The translations under genes and the position numbers were made by a program. Positions 56,222 through 64,000 of a DNA stretch of 64,000 bases are shown in pieces (the stretch's first letter is position 1; each line of letters starts with the position of its first letter). Location: NCBI GenBank assembly GCA_048882485.1, contig JBHLRP010000010.1:1-64000 (forward strand), read 5' to 3'. Under the pieces are notes generated by a model that worked only from the letters and a program-made list of their open reading frames with translations, searched no databases and was not told the origin of the DNA. This DNA comes from Candidatus Thorarchaeota archaeon (GTDB lineage: Archaea > Asgardarchaeota > Thorarchaeia > Thorarchaeales > Thorarchaeaceae).

Positions 56222-59200
56222 GTGGGATTCATCTTGAGTGGAAATGTAGTAGCTGAAAGCATTCCAGTATTAAAGAGAAGTTTGGGAATAACGAATATTG
56301 AAGCTAAGGCAATCCTCCCTGTGTTTGCCGGTGGCAACATGACAGCTGGCGGGGTTTCTATAGCTTCGGGAGAGCCTCTCAAAAAGGTTGAGAGTGCATT
56401 GGCCCGGTTGGAAAAGAAAGGACTCGTGACGCGAATTGAAGGCGTGGTGCCAATTTTCCGCCTGTCACCATCTATCTTCGCATTGGAGGGAACATTGTCT
56501 TCAGTGCGGGATGATTTACAGGTCAACTTGGAAGATATCCAGAAACTGTTTGACGGCCATCTCAAAGGAATTGACGAATCAGTCAATGCGGTTTCTGACC
56601 TGCACAAAAATACCATGAACGACGGGAAAGTTGCATTTCAAACGTACGAAACCGATATGGTCGCAGCTGTTCAGTCACAGGTGGACATAATCACGTCAAT
56701 TGCCACTGAAGCACTCGCCGCGTTCACAAAGAGTATTGAAGAATCAATAAAGACATTCGACCTTTCTCTCGATGATGGATTAGGCACTCGGCTCTCAGCA
56801 CTTCAGCTTGAGCTTGACAAGAGCCAGAAGGAGCTTGGAATCGCGGCAACTAACATCTCTAAGAGCTTCGAAAAATGGCTCACCTCAGAGGGTAAGTCTA
56901 CCACCACCGCAATGAAGGCTCTGGAGAAAGAGGTGCTTTCACTAACCCAGACATTGAGTGATTCAGTTTCCAAAGCATTGAACACCTCAAAAGCTGCTCT
57001 GGATGTAACTGTCAGTGCATTAGCTGATGAAATTCTAGCAAAATCCACCGCTTCATCAGATGATGCAATTACTTCTATTGGTGAAGCCACAAGAGCACTA
57101 GACGACACTATCTCTGGCATGGACTCAGATCTTGCTGCAGCTTTCCTTGCGGCAGAGGAAACACTGCAAGGAATCACTACCAAGGGTCGTTCAGACATCG
57201 CCGAAGAATCGGAAGCAGCTAGAACTCGGATAGCAGCAGCTCTTGAAATTTGTGAAGCAGCAAAAGCAGCTATTGGGGCTTGGAGGGAAGAAGTAGCCAC
57301 ATTTGGTGATGTTGCGATGCAGTCTTTGCGACTTCAACTCGATAGAGTTAGCGCCACTGAGAATGATTACTTAGAAAACGTGAAGACTGCGGTGCGAGGG
57401 AATCTCGAGAAGACACAAGCTCATTTTGCGAGTGAGTATCAAACCCTAAAAGAGATGTCTATAGAGGGCATCACGCAGTTTGAAGCTCATCTAAACAGTT
57501 GCCGTACCTCGACATTGGACCTCCTGAAGAAGCAGCTGAACTCACAAGAGAAAGATCTCGATTCCACCAATCTCGAGATTAGGTCCAACGTCGATAAGTG
57601 GTCTGCAAGCACAACGAAGAATGTAGACGCCAAATTATCAAGGATTATTACCGATGTCAGCAAGATTCTGGAAACAGAAGTTTCTGAAATGGACACTCTT
57701 GTTGATTCCATTGACAGTAGACTCAAATCCGCATTCAGCACCGTGATGTCTACGTCATCAACAAAGAATGCATCCGCTCTAGCCTCAGTAAAGAAGTCAA
57801 CTCATGACTTCGAATCCGAAATTGGAACACATCTTTCTGAGCTTAGTGCGGGATATGTATCAACCACACGCTCTCACATACGAGATGCCAAAGCACTTTA
57901 CGAAAATCTAAATGAGAAACTTGATGAACGACTGGTTCAAAGTGTAGGCACTCTTACAAGTCAGGCCAATAAGGTACAGAGAGAGATAGACAAGGCTCTG
58001 GCGGGCCAGGTGGAGCGTATTGACCAGCATGCATTGGGAATACGAGAGGAGCTTCATGTTCATCTTGAAGATTTGGCACAGCAATTCACTAACCTCATCA
58101 AGGGATTGGAGGCAACATTCAATGGATTCCTCTCCAGCCAGACATCTGAGGCGAGAGACCTCATTGCTTCTGCACATACTGAGTTCAAGGGCGCTTTGAA
58201 AACTGAAATAGCATCGCTACAAGAAGACTCAAAGCTACTCCAAGAAGATTTCTCATCACAGTGGGGCGGGCGCATTGATGAGCTCGTGGGAGCCGCTGAG
58301 ACGATCAAGAATGCTCTCGATGAATTAGCTACAAGCAAACGAACCGAAATCTCGGAGTCTATGGCGGATACGCTTCACCGAATTGAAGATGCAGTCAGGA
58401 GCACAGAGGATGCGCTCAATGAGATGGAAACTGGCACAATCCATCAATTTGGGGAGAATCTACATCAGGTTTCAAGGGAGTTCAGTGCAACTGTCACAGG
58501 TGCTCGAGACAACATAGCTGAGCGCATTTCAAACATCAAGGAATCAACTCAGGACGGCATAGCAAAGAGTACAGGGAAACTCCTTGAACTAGTAGACACC
58601 TACACAACAGGACAGCGAGAGTCGGGAAACCTTCTGCTAGCAGACACCAGCAAGAAGATGGACAACCTCGCATCTCAGCTTGTAAAATCCTCGAATTCCA
58701 ATGTTCAAGCATTTCAAAACTCTCTCGCTGAGAAAGAAACCTCTCGGCTGGAATCAGCAAGGGCAATTAGGGAAGAAGCATTGACGGCAATTGAGGATAG
58801 AAGAAATGAAGTCGCTCTGGCCTTCACTGGCGCCTCAGAAACAATCGAGACCTCCTCATCCAATCTAGTATCCTCCCTTGAGCAGCTTTCCAATAAGCTT
58901 GAAGGTGAGATTACCACGCTTGGAAACAAGTTGGAGAAAGCCGCAGATACGACTGCTGCAAAGGTTCTGGAACGTGGGGAGAAGAATCTGAAGGTAGTCG
59001 AGACCAAAAGCCGTGCCCTCTTCAAGAAGACAGAATCTGAGATAAAAGGTAGGGCTGTGCAGTTTGGTGATGATGGATTGGATGTTCTTACTAAGGCGGC
59101 TGAGGCGCTATCTGACCTGCCTAATACATTGACGGATGTTATCGCAAAATCCTCATCAAACGCCATTGAGCAGACATCCAAGATAGGGAGAGAAACAAAA

Positions 59201-60127
59201 GCCACCATTGACACGGCACTCGCAGACTTCTCTGAATCATCCAAGTCTATCACAAGTACTTCCAAGACGCTTATTGATGGAATGGTGACGCAAGCAGCCA
59301 AGGGCCTTGATAAAGCCCTCGAGGAAGCGAAGCAGAGTTCAGTGTTGTCCAATCAATATGCATCTCGCAAGCTGGAGTCCATAGGCATTGAATTAAAGAC
59401 ATACGTGGGCAGCGAATCTGCACGAATAACAGAGCATGCCCAAAATGATGCAACAGTGAAGAATGCAGAAATTGCTAGTGCCTCTGCAAAGGCAATGAAT
59501 GATGCAAATGAAGGCCTCTCAGATCTTCGCCAAACCCGAAATGATGCATTCAACGGCTTGAGTGAGCACGTAGACAAGATTCTGAGGCAATGGAGTGCCG
59601 AGCATAAAAAGGACATCGCCTCGCTCAAGGGAGGCCTGGATGAAACCATAGGTGCCATATCTGATCTGACCAATCAGTCTGTTGAAACAATTGAAGCTGT
59701 CAAGAGTGCTCGGGAGGAGCTGCTTTCCCTCGCAAGTGAGAACACCTGGTATCTAACTGGTACCGATGAGATTTGTGCACACATGCTTGACATGGTTTCC
59801 CGAGCTGAAAAGTCAGTGGTGCTTTCCGTATTGGACCTTGAATGTTTAGACCTGAAGAAGCTAGCCAAAGCGAAAGGACCTCGTCGAAGGATACTTGTTG
59901 TCCCTGACACCGAAGAGATGGATTCAGCATTGAGTTCCCTCGAAGGCTGGAGGATATGGCATACGAAGATACCGACAACCTTGGCTCTTATTGACAAATC
60001 GGAGGTTTTGGTTGGCGGAACCGAAGCGGCTGGTACTCCCCTAGCTCTGGTATCCCGCGATGAATCATATCTTCGTTTATATCACGACTATCTCGGTCCG
60101 GCAATGACAAGGGCGAGAAGGAGCTAA
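56222..60127 (+). CDS. TrmB-like HTH plus very long helical/coiled-coil region plus C-terminal TrmB/PLD-like domain
   Basis: N-terminal LGITNIEAKA...MTAGGVS...KVESALARLEKKGLV; C-terminal TWYLTGTDEICAHMLDMVSRAEKSVVL...DKSEVLVG. Confidence 0.7.
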   Translation: MGFILSGNVVAESIPVLKRSLGITNIEAKAILPVFAGGNMTAGGVSIASGEPLKKVESALARLEKKGLVTRIEGVVPIFRLSPSIFALEGTLSSVRDDLQVNLEDIQKLFDGHLKGIDESVNAVSDLHKNTMNDGKVAFQTYETDMVAAVQSQVDIITSIATEALAAFTKSIEESIKTFDLSLDDGLGTRLSALQLELDKSQKELGIAATNISKSFEKWLTSEGKSTTTAMKALEKEVLSLTQTLSDSVSKALNTSKAALDVTVSALADEILAKSTASSDDAITSIGEATRALDDTISGMDSDLAAAFLAAEETLQGITTKGRSDIAEESEAARTRIAAALEICEAAKAAIGAWREEVATFGDVAMQSLRLQLDRVSATENDYLENVKTAVRGNLEKTQAHFASEYQTLKEMSIEGITQFEAHLNSCRTSTLDLLKKQLNSQEKDLDSTNLEIRSNVDKWSASTTKNVDAKLSRIITDVSKILETEVSEMDTLVDSIDSRLKSAFSTVMSTSSTKNASALASVKKSTHDFESEIGTHLSELSAGYVSTTRSHIRDAKALYENLNEKLDERLVQSVGTLTSQANKVQREIDKALAGQVERIDQHALGIREELHVHLEDLAQQFTNLIKGLEATFNGFLSSQTSEARDLIASAHTEFKGALKTEIASLQEDSKLLQEDFSSQWGGRIDELVGAAETIKNALDELATSKRTEISESMADTLHRIEDAVRSTEDALNEMETGTIHQFGENLHQVSREFSATVTGARDNIAERISNIKESTQDGIAKSTGKLLELVDTYTTGQRESGNLLLADTSKKMDNLASQLVKSSNSNVQAFQNSLAEKETSRLESARAIREEALTAIEDRRNEVALAFTGASETIETSSSNLVSSLEQLSNKLEGEITTLGNKLEKAADTTAAKVLERGEKNLKVVETKSRALFKKTESEIKGRAVQFGDDGLDVLTKAAEALSDLPNTLTDVIAKSSSNAIEQTSKIGRETKATIDTALADFSESSKSITSTSKTLIDGMVTQAAKGLDKALEEAKQSSVLSNQYASRKLESIGIELKTYVGSESARITEHAQNDATVKNAEIASASAKAMNDANEGLSDLRQTRNDAFNGLSEHVDKILRQWSAEHKKDIASLKGGLDETIGAISDLTNQSVETIEAVKSAREELLSLASENTWYLTGTDEICAHMLDMVSRAEKSVVLSVLDLECLDLKKLAKAKGPRRRILVVPDTEEMDSALSSLEGWRIWHTKIPTTLALIDKSEVLVGGTEAAGTPLALVSRDESYLRLYHDYLGPAMTRARRS

Positions 60128-60128
60128 G

Positions 60129-60599
60129 CTAGAGTCTAATCGTATAGATAAGCGCGTCTTCATCCTCGTAGTATTGGTCCTCATGGCATAGCACGGACAT
60201 GCCTACGTTGGCGTACAGCGCTTGAGCAGGCGTGTTACTCTCTCTCACTTCCAATCGACATGATGACATATTGCGTTCACGCATCATGCCAAAGGCGTAA
60301 TCTAGTAGTTCTCTTCCTAGCCCTCTAAGTCTGCTTTGCTGGCGAATTGCTATATTGAGAAGGTGGCTTTCTTCTAACTGGGCGTCCTCTTCCCAGACGA
60401 TGTATCCGGCCAATTCGCTATTTTCCTCAATTACATACATGAAGACGGTCTTTCCTTTTTGGGTCCGAACTCGGCCTCGCCAAGCCCCCAAAATGCGGAA
60501 GATATCATCATCCCAGGGTTTCGGGAAGCTTGTGCTTTCTATTGCGATAATATCTTGCACATCATCTCTGGTGACAACTCTAATCCGATTTCGACTCAT
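60129..60599 (-). CDS. rimI: RimI/Ard1-like protein N-acetyltransferase
   Basis: IESTSFPKPW, HLLNIAI...RGLG, LEVRESN..AQALY and YYEDEDA motifs. Confidence 0.85.
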   Translation of the reverse strand: MSRNRIRVVTRDDVQDIIAIESTSFPKPWDDDIFRILGAWRGRVRTQKGKTVFMYVIEENSELAGYIVWEEDAQLEESHLLNIAIRQQSRLRGLGRELLDYAFGMMRERNMSSCRLEVRESNTPAQALYANVGMSVLCHEDQYYEDEDALIYTIRL

Positions 60600-60614
60600 C
60601 CTAGAAGGCCTCCA

Positions 60615-60977
60615 TTAATACATCCGCCCATCGCTATCTGCTGATTCTTCTCCAATAGGACGTCCACATGAGGGACAGAAGGCCGAGCCACTGGGAATAG
60701 GATTGCTACAGTATTCACACAGATGCGTTATCTTCACGTATTTCTCAATCTCTTTGTAACTGCTAGCTTTTAAAAGCCAGAAGAAAAATACTATGAACAT
60801 CAAGAGCATAGACACTAAAATTGGGATCATGAATGCTCCAGACACATCACCAATGAAGAAGAATGGGAAGACAAACACAAAGCCAGCTTCGGTGGTTGAA
60901 CTTGTGAGAGCAATGATAAGAAATCCTATGAGCGCTAGCGCTAATCCAAGAATGATGAGTCGTTCTGACACTCGCAA
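60615..60977 (-). CDS. Small membrane protein with C-terminal zinc ribbon
   Basis: Hydrophobic segments followed by CEYC...FCPSCG. Confidence 0.7.
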   Translation of the reverse strand: MRVSERLIILGLALALIGFLIIALTSSTTEAGFVFVFPFFFIGDVSGAFMIPILVSMLLMFIVFFFWLLKASSYKEIEKYVKITHLCEYCSNPIPSGSAFCPSCGRPIGEESADSDGRMY

Positions 60978-61010
60978 AATTCATCCCACACCAAAAGGAT
61001 GCTCGGTATT

Positions 61011-61379
61011 CTAGAGCATTCCGCGTTCCTTCAATTGCTGTACGATTACATTGTACTTTGCGTCATCCGATATCATCGAATTGACTTCCTTCTCTCTTGT
61101 ATGCGAACCTGGTAGCACCTTAACAGAAACAGCACTATCCGGATATGTTTTTTCAAGGTGATGGCGTATCAAGATTCCAATTAAACCTCCCATCGGACAA
61201 TGCGGAACGGTTGGCTTGAATTTGACTTGAATTCCCTCTTTTGTTATGGATATGTATTCCTCTTTGACAATAGCCATTCTGGGATCTGTTATACTGATGG
61301 GATGTTCTGGGTCTTGAACAGGTTTCAAAGCCTCGAAGACCTCTGCAACTGATGCCAACGATATCGCCTCAGTATGCAA
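61011..61379 (-). CDS. DUF59/MIP18 (CIA2-like) Fe-S assembly protein
   Basis: VQDPEHP, PTVPHCPMGGLIG and PGSH...VN motifs. Confidence 0.8.
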   Translation of the reverse strand: MHTEAISLASVAEVFEALKPVQDPEHPISITDPRMAIVKEEYISITKEGIQVKFKPTVPHCPMGGLIGILIRHHLEKTYPDSAVSVKVLPGSHTREKEVNSMISDDAKYNVIVQQLKERGML

Positions 61380-61516
61380 TCCCCTATTCGGGGCTTAAGA
61401 ATCTATACAGCTCTTGCAGATTCTAAAGTCACACAACACATATCAATCAAGGGGCTGTCAGAAATCAGTGTTTGTTGAGTCACGCCATATACTCAACAAT
61501 AACGAGGGGTGCCGGA

Positions 61517-61975
61517 ATGTCACCTAAGAAGAAATCAACGAAGAAAAAGAAAGAGAAGTCGCGCTATCTCTTCAAAGTAACAGTAGTTGGTCCTGAGGAT
61601 GGACTGTTGGAGCAGGTCCTGAGCGTCTTCAACGAACAAGTGATGTCTGTCGATGGCATTCGCATAGGAGCTGCGAAGATGGAGTGGGAGGACTCTGATG
61701 TATCCACACTCTTCATGTCTCCGAAACACTCTGCACTTGATATCCTGCTATCGCTTACATACAAGGGGGCAACTGGTGTTATCATTGTCTTGAAAGATGC
61801 TGATCCTGAAATCGAAACAATGTATAGGAACGAAATTCGTGAGAATCTAGGTGAAGGCATTCCTACAAGAGTTGTCTGTGTAGGTTCAGATATTGATGAT
61901 TTCAAAAGAACCGAAATCCAAAACCTACTCGATGAACTGATGGAAGAGATTCTTGCCCTCTCAACACAAGAATAA
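61517..61975 (+). CDS. Degenerate Ras-like small GTPase-fold protein
   Basis: YLFKVTVVG and SLTYKGATGVIIV match the Rab/Roc pattern, but GKT, DxxG and NKxD are absent. Confidence 0.5.
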   Translation: MSPKKKSTKKKKEKSRYLFKVTVVGPEDGLLEQVLSVFNEQVMSVDGIRIGAAKMEWEDSDVSTLFMSPKHSALDILLSLTYKGATGVIIVLKDADPEIETMYRNEIRENLGEGIPTRVVCVGSDIDDFKRTEIQNLLDELMEEILALSTQE

Positions 61976-62040
61976 GGTGTGAAATGTAACTACTGTATGA
62001 TACAAAGCCTTTATTCCGTTCTGATAACTGAAGCAAGTAG

Positions 62041-62979
62041 GTGGCACATATGTCCTCAGAGGAAAGAGATGACAATTACTGGATGGGCGTCCGCGATGCA
62101 CTTCGAATGGTAGATTCATTTCTGCGTTGGGCGCGAAAGCATCCAAAGGATGCCAAGACCATTGATGATTTCTTAGCTGAAGGATTGGTTGCAGCGGCAA
62201 AGCGATGCGAGTCCTGCCTAGGCAAGGAGCTGGGAATGAGGTATGGTTCAGATGATCCAGAGGTAGATGAGCCACGAGAAATCGAAGAACCAGCGCATTT
62301 CGAGGAACCAATTCCATACGTCGAGCCAGAGGTTGAAGACATTCCTGCCAATGATGAAGAGATGGTTTCTACAGAAACTGTTAGTGAACCTGATGCACCG
62401 GACGAGGTGATAGATACGCCTGAGATGCCGCCTGCTGAACCAGTCTCGATAGATGAGATTGAAGCTTCCGCAGATGCTGAGGAATCGATGTCAGCAGATG
62501 AACTTACATTTGAAGGGGTGAAACGGGATTTTCTGTCTGACTTTCCGTTAGACGAACCAAGGCCCATAGTCGACAAGGAAGATGATATGGAAGTAGCGCC
62601 CTCCACGCCGGAAGATGTCATGAGGGCTGTGTTGGCTGAAGCAGACGAAGAAGAACTGATGCCTCCGGAGGAAGAAGACTTGGAAGTCGAAACCTATGAT
62701 GATGTCTTGGAGGTTCTAGATACTCCTCCAAGCACTGACGAATCACCACCAGTAGCTGCACCGAAGCGCGAATTATGGAGCCCATATGACGAGCCGCCAC
62801 TTGAAGACGAGGATGAAGATGATGATTTCATCTCAACGGATGCCGAAGATGAGGAGGTATCTGAAGAGTCGGAAGCCCCTACTACAGTAAAGCCTCCGCC
62901 GCCGCCCCCGCCTCCAGAGACCGATGAAACTGAGGAAGAGCGCCGAAGGAGAGCTAGGCGTTTATTCTTTGGCACTTGA
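62041..62979 (+). CDS. Acidic, proline-rich, largely disordered protein
   Basis: Helical N-terminus with CESC, D/E/P-rich body, P8 tract, and C-terminal EEERRRRARRLFFGT. Confidence 0.7.
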   Translation: MAHMSSEERDDNYWMGVRDALRMVDSFLRWARKHPKDAKTIDDFLAEGLVAAAKRCESCLGKELGMRYGSDDPEVDEPREIEEPAHFEEPIPYVEPEVEDIPANDEEMVSTETVSEPDAPDEVIDTPEMPPAEPVSIDEIEASADAEESMSADELTFEGVKRDFLSDFPLDEPRPIVDKEDDMEVAPSTPEDVMRAVLAEADEEELMPPEEEDLEVETYDDVLEVLDTPPSTDESPPVAAPKRELWSPYDEPPLEDEDEDDDFISTDAEDEEVSEESEAPTTVKPPPPPPPPETDETEEERRRRARRLFFGT

Positions 62980-63729
62980 TTGACCACAGACACTGCATGT
63001 TTCAGATCGAGTGATATCGAAGATATCAAAGCTCAAGGAGCTAATGTCTATTGTCATGAGCTTTTCTGCAAGATTTGGTTCTCTTTGGAGAGCCAAAAGC
63101 ACTGCTTCCCTCATTTCTATTCCGGCCACCACTGAGAGCAGCTCAGGCGATACACCAATTGCAGCTACGGTTCTATCTTGATGGTCTTTCGCCTCACCCA
63201 TGACGCAGTTTAGGCAACCGGTCATACCTGGAATGAAGGTGGATAGATTGGCAAAATACTCAACTGCTCCTGCAAAAACATATGGTATTCCCCTTTTCAC
63301 ACTGACTTCGTTGACAGCACGACGTGCCTGAAAGGAGTCTAATCCATCCAAAATGAGACTTGATCCTTTCAGGATATCCTCTGCATTTCTGTGATTAATT
63401 TGTTCCACAATGGGGATGAATTCCACCTCGGGATTGAGGAGAGCAAGATTCGCTGCAGCACACTCAGCCTTCTTCTTCCCAATATCATTAGTGTTGTAGA
63501 GATTCTGTCGCTGGATATTGGATAGCTCGACTGTGTCTGCATCAATTATGCGTACCACACCGAATCCCATTGAAGCCAAGAGTCTTAACACTGGGCTGCC
63601 AATTCCCCCGGCGCCAGCCATAGATACTACTGTGTTTGCCAGCGTTAGCTGGTCTTTCTCGCTGAAATCATGTAACTTGAGAGTTCTAGAGTACCTTTCA
63701 AGCTGGTCTGGTCTGAGGCCCATTTTCAA
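62962..63729 (-). CDS. ThiF/MoeB/HesA E1-like adenylyltransferase
   Basis: RYSR, GAGGIGS, DADTVELSNIQRQ, CLNC and CSVC motifs. Confidence 0.9.
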   Translation of the reverse strand: MKMGLRPDQLERYSRTLKLHDFSEKDQLTLANTVVSMAGAGGIGSPVLRLLASMGFGVVRIIDADTVELSNIQRQNLYNTNDIGKKKAECAAANLALLNPEVEFIPIVEQINHRNAEDILKGSSLILDGLDSFQARRAVNEVSVKRGIPYVFAGAVEYFANLSTFIPGMTGCLNCVMGEAKDHQDRTVAAIGVSPELLSVVAGIEMREAVLLALQREPNLAEKLMTIDISSLSFDIFDITRSETCSVCGQSSAKE

Positions 63730-63779
63730 ACAGTCCTACGGATAGACTCACTTAAAGCCTTGGACTCCAGGTCAATCCT

Positions 63780-64000
63780 ATGGGCAGTTCAGCAGAAGTA
63801 GCAATAGCTGTAAAGAAGAATCCGCGCCAAGCTCTTGCAATCGCTCTATCAAAGCTAACGCAACCCCTACCCATTGCAGGGACTGAAACACGTGTTTTGA
63901 TAAAGCCCTCAATTATGGATCCGGAAGTTCCAGGAAATACTTCTCTTGAAGTAATAAGAGCAGTTGTTGGCCTTTTTGAGAACACTACTGAGGTGCTGCT
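63780..64000 (+). CDS. Probable DUF362-family protein, 3'-truncated by the window edge
   Basis: ATG at 63780 gives MGSSAEVAIAVKK...RVLIKPSIMDPEVPGNTSLEVIRAVV, open to the window end. The VLIKP..T...V.AVV pattern fits DUF362. Confidence 0.6.
   Translation, partial: MGSSAEVAIAVKKNPRQALAIALSKLTQPLPIAGTETRVLIKPSIMDPEVPGNTSLEVIRAVVGLFENTTEVL

Noticed and set aside
52046-60127. SMC/Rad50 identity for the coiled-coil proteins
   Set aside because: No Walker A/B or signature motifs are present.
63752-63985. Minus-strand 77-aa ORF
   Set aside because: It is a shadow of the plus-strand DUF362-like gene starting at 63780.
1-64000. Numerous 60-230 aa ORFs antisense to or overlapping the called genes
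   Set aside because: They have no recognisable motifs and are explained as shadow frames of well-supported genes.

Overview
Gene-dense archaeal chromosomal window, most likely from an Asgard archaeon (Thorarchaeia-like). This taxonomy is an inference from the gene families present: proteasome alpha subunit, DtdA, MtrH, cytoplasmic reductive dehalogenase, expanded NosD/CASH surface proteins, PCI-like and CIA2-like proteins. I found no rRNA, tRNA, CRISPR array or transposase. The main finding is a gene the ORF track only half detects. On the minus strand, 51952..51149 is one continuous frame with a single in-frame TGA at codon 25 in a C-A-S-U (CxxU) motif. It ends in a textbook eukaryote-type SECIS element (AUGA-N11-AAA-N17-GA, both helices pairing) whose AUGA core contains the gene's own stop codon. 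The product does not resemble any selenoprotein family I recognise, so it is a candidate new selenoprotein. Other notable items: (1) a minus-strand cluster of beta-propeller/Zn-ribbon/PCI-like protein, dCache-HAMP-TPR-vWA sensor, output-less dCache-HAMP sensor and arginine decarboxylase (CTG start), possibly a kinase-free amine-sensing system; (2) a corrinoid protein/RACo/MtrH module divergent from a reductive dehalogenase and PAS kinase; (3) IscU fused to a degenerate thioredoxin-reductase domain; (4) a eukaryote-like CIA2/MIP18; (5) a pseudo-GTPase; (6) a 1301-aa TrmB/coiled-coil protein; (7) three orphan DNA methyltransferases. All calls come from motif recognition by eye; no database searches or folding programs were run.
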